Source of the DNA: Catajapyx aquilonaris
Lineage: Eukaryota
Assembly (NCBI GenBank): GCA_000934665.2
Contig: KZ539516.1
Location: forward strand, 1-36,870
DNA: 36,870 bases
Reading direction: 5' to 3'
The notes beneath the pieces are model-generated. The model did no database searches. It was given only the letters and a program-made list of their open reading frames with translations, and was not told where the DNA came from. Each line of letters begins with the position of its first letter. Within the stretch, counting starts at the first letter, position 1. Below are positions 21,247-33,199 of this stretch, one piece after another. The position numbers were made by a program, and so were the translations under genes.

Positions 21247-22188
21247 CCTTACCTATGATATTCTATTTCTAGCAGGCATATCGATGCAACTGATATATCG
21301 CATTACATCGATGTTTCTATTACTTGAATTTTGCAGTGCACACACTGGCTTTCCCCGGTGCACGGGTCGAGTGTCAGTCGGCTACACAGGTCACCGCCGA
21401 TTCCTTGGGGCCTGGGTGGGAGGGCAGCACCCTGGGTAGAGGCCTCTGAGATGACTAGAGGAAAAGGGTGACCGCCAGACGGTCAATCGAATTCTATAAT
21501 GGAGGCCGCCATGATGCTAGGCACCAAGTGCAAGGTGGCCAGGTCAACTGTTTACGTCGTTAGGGGTTACCAGACGAGAAGAGCAGTTGGCTACCGTCAT
21601 AAATGGCTTGAAAATGTTTACTGTGGCTTGTTTGTACCATGAGATGGTGTAGCGATTTTTGGGGGGCTGTGTATACAAAGCAAGGAGTGCAGAACACCTT
21701 CCCATTTTCATTAGCTAGGGAAGTATTTTTTTCTCGAGGATTTTTGAATGCAGAGCAGAATAGGCTACATTCTGAAAGCTCTGGATACGAATAATTACTT
21801 CGGTATACATATGAATAATTGCGATTGATATTATTTTAAAATGCCACACTTGTTTGGAAATAACATCGGCGAACTCATCACGGAAGGCTAGGTAGGCTAA
21901 ACTAGCCATAAGTATTAAGTAGACTACAACTGTACACAACTACTCATGCATACTCGACAAACCGCATTATACAAGTACGTAGGCCCTACATGTCGTTTCA
22001 AAAAAGTTTTAAAAAATCATTTGGCACAAGGTCACCTGGACTATCTCCCAATCCCAATGAATCTCACAAGTCAGGTGAATAGCTTTTCCCATCTGTAACC
22101 AATGACACACTGGCTGAATGCCATATACCTGCGCTGAAACAACAAACCGTAATGGTTCTTATGTATACAGTAGTTGAAGTTTCTAATA

Positions 22189-22599
22189 CAGGTTGAGAAT
22201 CCTTTCAGTATCCGAAATTCCAAATCTGAACATTTTTGGGATGATGACATGACGCGCCGCAATGGAAAATTCCATGAGAGTAGAACATAGTAGGCCTATC
22301 ATTACCTGCACTAAGTATTATTTAAAATTCATGATATGAATTTTATTATATTTTATATTATATTATATTCTATTCTATATTATATTTTAATTATAAAACA
22401 ACCTCCAGGGTCTAGTCAGTCTAGTGTCTAATTATATATCAGTTGCATTTATGGATACCGTGTTTAGGCATTTATCCTATCGCAAAGGTGGCCATTTTAT
22501 AAATATTATCAATGTAGGCTACACGTACTCCTAAATTTAAAAAGGCCGACACAATTTTGGTATGGTCCCAAGCATTTCGACTACTTGTACCTTGACCTG
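22189..22599 (+). mobile_element. pogo/Tigger-type MITE resembling Tigger4 (Zombi), TA TSD
   Basis: TA|CAGGTTGAGAATCC..TATCCGAAATTCCAAATCTGAACATTTTTG..GACATGACGC..GGAAAATTCCA at the left end; TGGTCCCAAGCATTTCG..ACCTG|TA at the right end. Internal TATAT-rich expansion at ~22343-22385. Confidence 0.7.
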
Positions 22600-22653
22600 T
22601 ACGTACCGTACACTAGAGGAAGCACAATATAATTATTGTAGTTTTATTCAGTT

Positions 22654-23016
22654 ACTTTCTTTTGTTTACCACGTGATGTCCCATACGGGATCTATAGGGG
22701 GAGGGGGGTGGCACACCACCATCAGTTATCAATATATTTTTCAACTTCATTCTTCGGTGCTAGGAATCAGAGATATTGGGAAAGGATAGGGATTTTGGGG
22801 GAGGGAACATGGGTGCAAGTGCAATTGTCTTCGGCTCTTCGCTTTGGGTCATATGCTGTTCCACAGCCGCAGGAGGTTAGGTTGCCAGACACCTCCAATG
22901 TGCATGTCAGAGACCCTCCCAACGCAGATGAAAGGGAACTTCCCGGGCAGCGATCGAACCTGGGGCCTAAACTCAGCCACCCGAGACGTTACCATCTCGG
23001 CCATCTACACCTCCGC
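22654..23016 (-). mobile_element. Full-length tRNA-derived SINE (subfamily related to 30087 element)
   Basis: Minus strand: A-box TGGCCGAGATGG, B-box GGTTCGATCG, 3' end CCCCCTATAGA..CATCACGTGGTA plus A-rich tail. Near-perfect TSD TTATTCAGTT (22644-22653) / TTATCCAGTT (23017-23026). Confidence 0.8.
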
Positions 23017-23379
23017 TTATCCAGTTTACATACTGATAGTGACTCCATCGTATTTTTGTCAGTTGTGGGGTAGTCTGTTTTCACAAAGAGATGCATTTTC
23101 AAAATTGCATGTATTGAGTACTATTTTTTTCCCACAAATCACCTACATGTTGTTGTTTTGTATGAATATAATCCCAAAATTGTCTAGTTGCAAGGGTTTG
23201 AATGAGGCATGATTTATGCGGGTGAGCATAAAATGTTTTAAAATGCGGTTTAACTTAAAAAAAAAAAAAAGGTGCCGACCAGTTCCGCGACGTTTGTCCC
23301 ATCTAACGAACGCTCCTGATGATATCATAAGCGATAATAAGGCTCTTGGTTGCTTTGTGTAACTGTCAGCCTCCAGGAC

Positions 23380-23705
23380 GACCTCCAACCACTTTTGACA
23401 GTGATGGTCCATTAGTGATCGAATATCCTAAACATGGAGAGGCAGTCAATATATATACTGCCCGTTATTGTGCCAAACTGCAACGACCGAGCAACGCCTC
23501 CTCAAAAACATGGGCCACAAGTTGTTGTCGAAGTTGTTGCGGTCATCTGGTTGTGCGACCTGTGACTTTCACATTTTTTTGGTAAGTGAAGGAAGTAGAT
23601 TTTTATCATAAGCGGACATCCAGGTGGCAGAATTCTGACAAGGCAAGTTGCACGAGACTGAAATCACTATAAGCTCGTTCAACAGTGGGACAAATGCCGT
23701 ATCCT
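23380..23705 (+). pseudogene. Internally deleted, frameshifted mariner transposase relic
   Basis: Fragments TFDSDGPLVIEYPKHGEAVN..RYCAKLQR, ATCDFHIF and KLVQQWDKC occur in the order expected for the mariner catalytic domain and C-terminus. Confidence 0.7.
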
Positions 23706-26700
23706 GGAAGTACCGTTGGCATGAAACCATTCCGGAATTACTATCATTTTGGCTTACATTTTGGGTTTCCTTTCAGTTTGCCTTAAAAATATATTTCACA
23801 TGTTTCTCCTCTCTGTCCACTAGTCCTCCAATTCAAGTGTCGAAATGCGGTTCTTGTAAAGAAACCTAAGCCCATAAAATTCTCTCCCGAAAAAGGACCA
23901 GGCATGGTGACGTCAGACTAAAAGTCGTCCATCCATCACGTCTGGTGTGAAGACAAGTGAAAGACGCCGACGACAGAAGGCGACCTGAAAGAGAAACACC
24001 CAAGAAAGGACGGCAGAAGGGAGGAGGGCGCAAAATCTGTTATCCCCACCAGGACCCCCAACTGCGGTGACTTTTCCCGTTTGACTTTTCTTCCCATGTT
24101 CCCAAAGATTCTTCTTCTCAAATTGCACACAACGATGGAAAAAAAACTTCAGGTGTTCAGTGATTTTTTCATTTGTTGTTTTGCAGCATACTTTGTTGAT
24201 ATTAGTTGTTTTCATGCAATTGGTATCGGCTACCTGCAACATGATTTGCTTGAAAACTCTAGATGGTTACAGTCACACCAGAAAATACAGTTACTCGGAA
24301 TGTGGGAAAAAGACTCAGGTTACAATTCTCACCGTCTTGGAGTCAACTGGTCCGTTACTGTCATTTGTCAAGTGCACGTATTTTACTGACGTGTTGGGCC
24401 TTTTTATTGTGAATGATTCCGAAGTTGCCCGAATAATAATTTTTGAAAGGACCTAGGCCTTGAGAATGGGAAAAATTTTCGGTCTGTTGTGAGAACCGCT
24501 CAAAATAATAAAAAAAGGTCCTTTCGTGATGAACCCTGAGCAGTGATTATTGTAGCTTTTTTATGTATCACGCAATGGAGGCGTCCGCCTTTCGGGCGAC
24601 GACCAAATGGGAACTTAAGAAATATAGACATGCACATTCTTCCAAAACCTACACGAAACATGTTTTTCGTTTCCTTTTCCCTATGTCATGTTGCTATCAT
24701 TGCTGGCTGTGAGCTGGACCCGAGAGGATGGACTCTGTACTTATCAAGTAAGTTCTGACGTCCATTTTGTAATCAAATGCACGGAACGGAATCTTTTACC
24801 AAACATTCAGCATATTGATTACATGCAATTTAAGTGGGGGGTAGAGCTCTCGAGAAGGTTTGCGAAACTCTATGCAGTGTCTTGCTGAATGAAACTTGGA
24901 GATGTGAATTACTGTCACAAAACACCATTGAGTTGTAAATTTCAAATATAAAATTCAAGTGCATTTAACGGCATTTAAATAATGAAGCTCTACTACTCAG
25001 AATTAGCGTTGTTACTATGTCTTATTAATGGTAACTGTACGACCAACTTTTTACTGCGTCAGACAATGTGACAAATAGTGAGGCATTTCAAAAATTTTGA
25101 AAACAATGTTGATGCAAACTTGCATTATGAATATCACATCTCGCATATGTGCCTTACAATATTGCTATCTTGTATCTTATACGGACACGTTCCGGAAAAG
25201 AGAGAAAGAAAATGATTTTTTTTAACGAACATAATTATGAATAGCAATAATGACATTATACACTGTCGAGACACATTTCACAAAATTTTGCTTACAAAGT
25301 AATGTATGGTGACCTACAGCAGAGTTGTAATTGATTACAACTGACCACCCAGAGAGCGTACAAACTTCTCTAAAATGCACATCTGGCTTTCACGGATTTT
25401 GTCTTGGTCCAGTTACAAAAGGGGAAAAACCACAGGGGGTGCATAGGGTCAACGAATTCATAGGGAGAGTCACTCTTGTAACTTAATCCAGACGGAGATT
25501 TTTTTTTTTTGGACATCACTACCTAAAATAACTGGCTTCAACATTAAAGAATATCCGAGAATTTCTTATACCACCCTTTATTATTGATATTTAACTCTGA
25601 CAACCTTCAGAGCATTTGGCTTGAAGTGTCCATTCCATCATTCGATTCCACAGAGAGTAGGTTTGGGGAGGGCCTGTCCAGACCACTATGCCTTTAATCC
25701 GATTATGGGAACTTCTCCTCCTTGATCTCCGCCTCTAAAGGCTGAGGGGCCTTTGTGGGGGCGGGTCAGTGGGCGGGTTGGGAGGCAGGACAGGGGCCAT
25801 CACACCTGTCCAGAAACCCACACCTCACAGGCACTTTTCTACACAAAGGCTTGCTGAACAGAAGAAATGATAATTATTTTTGAGAGCCTTTTGGTTGCGG
25901 TTTGGTCGTGAGGTTTATTTGGACATAGCGTGGTCCCTCGCGTGGTCCTGTCTACCCATCCGCTTACAAGAATTTTCATTGCAAAAAGGACAGCAGGCAG
26001 GTGCGGAATTTCTCGGAAATTTCTCATAGTCAACTTGTCGACTCATAATCATTCATAAATGACCTGTAGCTGGAATTGTTAAGGTTGAACTCTAACAGTT
26101 TATAGATGATAGATGAACCAAATATATTCATTGTATTGGTCACACTGTACCGCACTGTACTGTACATCACAAAAATCACTACATAATTATTAAGTGTGGA
26201 ATATGACTTTACTGTGGGTGCCTATTTATCAGAATCATCGATATGTGGCAAGTTTCTTGGTGATTTGTTTTCCCATACACATCAATATTCAATTAAACTT
26301 TAATTTTGTACACCGTTTTAATCGCAAGTAAGTACTAAAATGTTTAAATCATATTTTAATACTAAGGTAGGCAGAAATATACCTTTGTTGGCAGTTTCAT
26401 AAAATTTTAATGCCTACATTTCAAAATAACATATCGTCATATTACTATTTTTTCATGTATTGTATTTCCACTTACGGAAATTATAACCCAAATACTCGGT
26501 GACCTTTATCACGAAACTTTTATTTTGTAAAGTGCATAAACCGGGACACGGAATTCACAGCATAAAAATTTTGTGTTCATTAACAGAAGTTTGTTAGATG
26601 TTGTAAAAGAATAAAGGTGCCGATTTTTCTTGCTATCCAATTTTAGTGCGATTCTCGGAAAAATGGTAGTGGTCTCCAGGAGGTTCCTACGTAACTGCCT

Positions 26701-29700
26701 AGGACGCAAAAAAAATGCTTCCTTGATCCGTTTCATGTGCGTACCAAGAGGCCTTCAGGTCCAGGTTTTACGACTGGAACCTCAATGCTGACAGTTTTGG
26801 AGGTGGGGCTGTAAAAGGGGCTCATCATGGGCCTAATGATGTTTCCTGGTTTTACAGCCCCGCCAAGACGGAACCAGGCTGCTGTAAAAGCCTCTTCACT
26901 CGGCCCCGGAACTTGCCCCATTCACACCGATTCTAAAGCTCCATGATCTATATGCTTGGGAAACTGCACGCCGAATTTACACAAGACTGCAACTTGTTTG
27001 TACGCCTTTGAGTGAATTGGAGTGAATAGAAGCACAATGCCATAAAAATGTCGATCACAGTCAGTGAACACTGAATGTAAGTGAAACAAAGCATGAACTT
27101 TAACACCACCTAAATATGCATTGATGCGACTGTTCCAAGCTATTATATTATTAATTTAATCTGAATCTGCTGATACTTTACTTTACACTGGCAAATTGAT
27201 TAAAACTGTAAAGCGAATAATATGGTATTTTAGGTAGGTTACATAAACGACGCATTACAACTAATTTAATACTTAAGTTTGCATTAGTTGCAACTTCAGT
27301 ATCGTATAGCATATCTAAATTTTTGAAATAATTGACAAAGGGAGGTAGTCGGCATTATCCGGACTAACCCCATCATCCGGATACCCCATATAAAGCTTTT
27401 GGATGTGTCACCAGTAGTATGCTAGCAGTCCAGTGCAGTGGGACGAAAATTTTACCCAAACTCTTTAATAATACGCTACACGTTTTGAAGATGAATTATA
27501 ATTTCATTTCATTTTATGATGTTGCTGTGTCGTTTTGTGTAATTTTGGTGTACAGTATGTAACTTAGATAAAATATGGTAAGCTGATATTAATTTTAACA
27601 TTTTCAAATAATGTCAGGTAGAAGTCGGCATATTCAAACACATATAAATGTGCGTGCATTTCTGATACACTGGTTATGATAATTTTGTTTATTGAGCATT
27701 ATATGTGGAGGAAATGTTCTTATTCGCAATTTTTTGTCCGCTATTTATATGAACAAGACTGGAAAAATACAATGGAAATACTGTACGCGTACTGTACTGT
27801 ATAGCTTGACAAGATAAACAACAATAAAATATCTGTTTGAGCCTGAATAACTTATATGAAAGGTATTGTATTTATAAAGAAGCCTAACACCTCGTAGAAA
27901 TAACAACAAAATTCATGCTTTAAAATTTTTTAAACATCATTATTTTAGTAGTCAACCTTTCTCTAAATGCTTCTAATTTAATTTTGTCTTCTCATGATAT
28001 TGCTCCTTTATACCAATGTGTTTGTTTAGCTGCATATTTATACGCACATACTCCACAGTTTTTACAATACACAAACAAGAGAGTTATTAATGGTAAATCG
28101 TGCTTCAAAGAGCACTTGTTCTTACTTGTTCAGTTTCACATCACCTAATAATTAGGGAGTACCGCACTTCTCATGCAATCATTTTTCTACATAAACAATC
28201 AACATTTAATGAAACCGTGTAATATTAATTACTGGGTTTACCCATCCCTGGCAAACACCATCAATTTGAATCTTTGTAAAATACTGCAAAATAAATTACA
28301 AAACCAAAACAGCAAGAAATATAGGCCTATTATGATAGATACGATGCAACTGTTCAAAATTGAGCTAAGTGATGAATCTGGAACAATGTGGCACCGGAAG
28401 ATGAACAAAAGGACACTACCTGGTTCGTCTGCATGTCAAAAGGGTAATGATGAGAGCAGGTGGAACCAGTGATTACCCACCTCCAGGCTCAGTAATGAGA
28501 GGTGTGTCGGAGAGAGACGCTAATCTCACCTGACGAGCACGCACTCGCATCTTTCCACTTGCAAATTGCTGCCCAAAATGGCGGCCTGAGTGACAGGTGA
28601 CACTTCGAACTCCTTCACGGATTCTAAATGCAGCAGAAACTGTGGTACAATTTCTTTTTAACCATCTTCCCAAATTTTATAAGATCCCGCCCCTTTGCCA
28701 TCGCTGTCATTTGCATAATTTCACCCGCCTGATCTGATGGACGTAGTTGAAACGGTTATCGAATTACCATCTTTATCCTTCATCTACTCGCAAGATTACT
28801 CTGATGTTCATATCTTTTAAAATGGCAGCCTGCAATAAGTCCTGGGATATGATAATTATTTCAAACTCCGAATAATGGCCTTCATAAAATAATTTGAGGG
28901 CCACACAAGGCACGACATATTTTTGTAACGATTCCTTAAAAATTTAAAGCATCGGTGCCTGTAAGGGGAATATTTATGAAACATTTATGAAATCTTTGCA
29001 CAATATTCTACAAAATATACCAATTGAATAGTTTGCTTTTGTGGGCGTTTCATGTGCAAAATATATTGAAAAACCAGAATATTACAGCGTTGATTTCAAT
29101 ACATTATACTGTATATGTATAATATTATTATATCTAGCCGTGTAATTAGCCGTGTCGGAATGGGGCCCAGCATCCGGGTCCATCACATCTGTCATAATGT
29201 GTGTGATATGTGGCGTATATTTAAGTATTATATACCGTACTATATTATTTCAGCCTATTTTTTTCTTCCACTGCCCAACGTAGTCCTTGGAGATAACCAC
29301 AAGCGTTTCATCACTAGTCGAATATTTTCACAATCAGCAGGCTCTGCATTGGCTTGGGTCTTACGGGGTGGGAGAAAGCAGGTGGTTGGGTTATCTTGGC
29401 TGGGAAGTCTGCTGGATGCTCCCATTCTGTATGATGGTCTGATGGATGGAGTCATAAGTAAATCTCATCATGACTGATCCCATGATGTTACTGTATATCG
29501 TATCTGGCGTTTCAAGTTATAGCGAGTGTTTAATTTGCCTAACCTGCTTGCTTTAAAAATGTGTCTATTGATATAATGCCAAAATGTGGATGGGTACATA
29601 AGCGTTTGGCTTTGCATAGTTATCTAAAATGATGCAGATATAAAGATTAAGTGGATATAAACAGCAGAGTCGCAGTAGAGGTGTTTATGTACAGGTGGTA

Positions 29701-29772
29701 AATAAAATCAAGCTAATATTACATAACATTGATAATAATTGGACGCGCATTCTGTATACATTTCACATACAA

Positions 29773-29797
29773 TGATTGATTGATTGATTGATTGATT
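29773..29797. repeat. (TGAT)n microsatellite
   Basis: About 6 tandem TGAT units. Confidence 0.9.
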
Positions 29798-30086
29798 ATT
29801 CATTTCACATTGAGTGCCAATTTTTAATAATACAAACTATTGTGTTGCACTGTAGAATTCACGTCCGCATTCAGCATCATTATTTTAATGCCTTTGATCC
29901 TTAATAGATAAATATTGTCTTACTCAAAGTACTTCCCATCACGGTGATTGTATATATTTTTTGGAGAAGAAATTTAGCTGTTTAGAGGATAAATGTTTCC
30001 TTAACCCCGGTTAAGTAAAACTCGTGCCGGTCGAACGTATTGTATAGACGTGCTGAGCTTATTGAGGTAGTGGAAATGAAAGCAGT

Positions 30087-30429
30087 TTTTGTTTTTGTTT
30101 TTTTTAAGTACCCCGTGATGACCTGTTTCGTCTATAGGGGGGTGGGTTACCACCATTGGAGGGAAAGGGCTGTTGTCTATTTTTGAATACGCCCGGACCC
30201 ACGGGCAGGGAAACTGGGAGGGGATGTGCAAAGTGCATGTGCACAGACGTTGATGTGCCGTTTTGTGAACTCCCCCGGGTGGCATATGTGGAAGGATCGC
30301 CACCCGAAACGAAGCCAGAGACGGTCTTACTCAGCGCGAGATGAAGGGGGGAACCCCGGGTTGGGATCGAACCCGGGACCTTAACATCCGCGGGCGCATA
30401 CGTTACCGCAGCGCCACTTCGCCTCCCCG
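30087..30429 (-). mobile_element. Full-length young tRNA-derived SINE with (AAAAAC)n tail and 7-bp TSD
   Basis: Minus strand: GGGGAGGCGAAG, A-box TGGCGCTGCGG, B-box GGTTCGATCCC, 3' CCCCCCTATAGA..CATCACGGGGTAC-TTAAAAAAAACAAAAACAAAAA. TSD AAGCAGT at 30080-30086 and 30430-30436. Confidence 0.9.
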
Positions 30430-32969
30430 AAGCAGTATTAAGAGCAACGACATTTTTTCTGACTACATGATATTTGAACAAAATAAAGAAGTAACCTTGG
30501 CGAGACACTGAAATGTATAAAAATGTGTAAAAGATCATTACAGGGAATCGGATCCCCCGAGATTATTAAAATTGTTTTTCAGGAACTCGGTCAGGAATAA
30601 ACTGCATTCTAAAGAATGATGTGGTGGGTCGATTTAAAAAAATTAAATTAAATTAAATTAAATTAAAAAAATCTACAGAGCCAGGGTATTCTCCACAGAC
30701 TTTTAAAAACTCACAAAAACCTTTTCTAATAATCTGATCTTCTATTTCAGAATACTGTATTTGTGTTTGTATTTTGTTTTTGCTTTTGTTAATATATTCT
30801 AGTTTGAACTCGATGAACTCATAGATTTTCTGTTTGGCCAGATTTGGTCCAATAACGGGAGTAATAATTGGTGAATGTCCGACTTGTTTGTCACCTTTCT
30901 CAATGTCAAAAGTTAGAATACTATTCACTTTCACAGATATTACAGACAGCTTCACGTTTTTGCTGATGCTTTTTAATTTAGCCTGCGGATGGCAAGAGCA
31001 TTTTTACTCATTCTCCATGGAGCAACTGGGCTTTCCTTGTCAAATTCACTATCAGGGTTTAAATGCAAGTAGTACAATTTTAGGTATGGTTTGAATCCAA
31101 CATTTGCCATGTATGTAATTTAAAATACTGTAGTAACGTTATTTAGTAGAATAAAACCTAATGAAATTGTTTCAGTGCTTCGTTATCAAAGAATTTTTTT
31201 GGATAATTCATTAATTTTCATCACGGGATTATCATGACTGGGTTTCCAGCTATATTAACATAACAACAACATCCTACAGTATACTGTACTTATAGCGTAC
31301 ACATGCGACAAAATTGTGTAAGCTCATACTACACATATACGTATGTCTGAATATGAAGAGAAAAAAACATATTCTTTAACATATGAAATTATTCCCATTA
31401 TGTAACTTAGGCACATCAATAACATGAGTGTGATATCCTGCTCTTTGTTGAACACTGCTAATGCTCGAGTGACCACAGCATTCCCGCCCCACTCACCCCA
31501 TTTCTTTTGTGCGTACCCGTGATGTTTACCTGGCTAAGAAGGCGATCTTCAAAAGCGGAGAAAGGACCTACTAGTAAAGGAAATCGACGGGAGGGCCTGT
31601 CCGGAGGCGAGATCAGTCTTGGCCAAAGGCTCCCTGCCTCTAAACTACCCTCAGCTGAGGCCATCTCAACTTCTCTTGGCAAAAAGGACACAAAAGATAA
31701 GCCTCTTTGAGGGGATTCCGAGCGCCAACTTGACTCTCCAGACACTCGACTGAGCAACTGGATATTTGTTGGATTATGTCACACTGTGCATTTTGGGGTC
31801 CACTTACTTTGTCACTCTGCTTATGGTACACACAAGGACTTCAGAAATTTGCTGATCCTTGATATTTTATCCATAAACTTGTTTAAGAATCTAATAATCG
31901 TCGATACTCGTATAGTATAATAAAAGAATTTGCTATCCGTTAGCTGCGAACAAGTTTACTCGAAGAATAGACCTCGTTGTACAGGAAGAGGGAAAGGTCG
32001 TGGTTTGAGGGGGGACACTTCACATTTCGACATCTGGAAACTAGTTTTCCCAATGGTTCGTTGGGAAGAAAAACCTTCCTTCCTTTTTAGGAAAATCCCA
32101 AACGGCAGCGGCCCCCCTGCAGAGTGACCATCTCCTCAGCAGGACATCAAGCTGTGGCGGCCTCTTTTCCAAGCAATCGGCTTTCGCCTTCGCTCGAGGT
32201 CACTAACTTGCCTGCTGACCGACACAAGTGGCGATCAGGCTCTAAAGATGGATTGACAAACGCCAGACCACTGGCTGTATCACTACGCCTGCATTCACCT
32301 ACCCGATATGATATTCTCTCAACAATATGCAAAACATCTTGTGCAGTATTGTTCCCACTATAAGTTTAAGAAGAGGATATTAATGTTTAAAAAATTATAT
32401 GCTCTATAAGTCTATATTGAGATGAATCCTACTTAAAGCCTGAATAATTACACATTAAAGTATTCACATAATGTGCTGATTTTGAATTATTAGATACTTG
32501 ACCAGTCGTGTCCACCCATATTCAGATATGTTGATGGGAAAGAAACCGTCGATGTGGGAGGTCAAGCAGTGACCTCTGTGACATTTGGGAGGAGCTGCCA
32601 AGAGACCTTGACAAAAGGGGTTTGGCAGGGTCAGAGATCACTGGACGCCAGAAAGGTCGGATGCCATCATTTAAAAGGGGGCTTTCAAGTAGCTTTGGGA
32701 AAATCCAACTTAAAGCTGGGAAAAAGAGTCACCGCACTGTCTCCTGTGGTAGGCTCCAAACTAAAAGTATTTCAAGGTCACGACAGTCTATTTTGGACTA
32801 GTAAGTGATTGTCCTGAGGCATGTTGCCACATTTTTCAATTTGAGAAATAGGCTGGTAAGATTGGGACAACTCTATTGTTAAGTTATATTATAAAGAAGT
32901 AAATTATTGTTATGAGGAGTGTTAAATACCAGGTGTGATGATACCATTACATATTAGATCTATTGAAGA

Positions 32970-33100
32970 AGGCTCCAATTAGGTGGGAAAAGAGGCGGGT
33001 CCAATGGAGGAGGGGGTCCAATGCGGCGCGGTTCAGCCCCCAAACCCGCCCCAAAGCTCCCCCAAAAAGGTCATCATCAACAAAGTTCAGTCCTTCCCAT
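32970..33100 (+). promoter_or_regulatory. Putative TATA-less core promoter of the Sp5/btd-like gene
   Basis: CCAAT at 32975, 33001 and 33018; GC boxes GGCGGG (32994) and CCCGCCCC (33045); Inr-like TCAGTC at 33087. It lies ~110 bp before the proposed ATG at 33200. Confidence 0.55.
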
Positions 33101-33199
33101 ACCGGTCTCAGTGCGTCTTTTCGTCTGCCTTCGACTGGTGTGGTGTTGTTCATCTTTGTGACACTGTTTTTCCATCCATCGATATCCTTTATTTGGGAA

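Noticed and set aside
25498..25840. Poly-T plus GC-rich block as retrocopy or minus-strand terminal exon
   Set aside because: All three minus frames after the candidate acceptor stop quickly, and there is no TSD or recognisable protein.
30340..30429. tRNA gene (also considered at ~22940-23014 and 35341-35410)
   Set aside because: A/B boxes are present but there is no proper acceptor stem. Each continues into a SINE body, and two have tails and TSDs.
31458..32808. Short ORFs on both strands as exons of a hidden gene
   Set aside because: No domain similarity and no consistent splice chain; treated as candidate regulatory islands.
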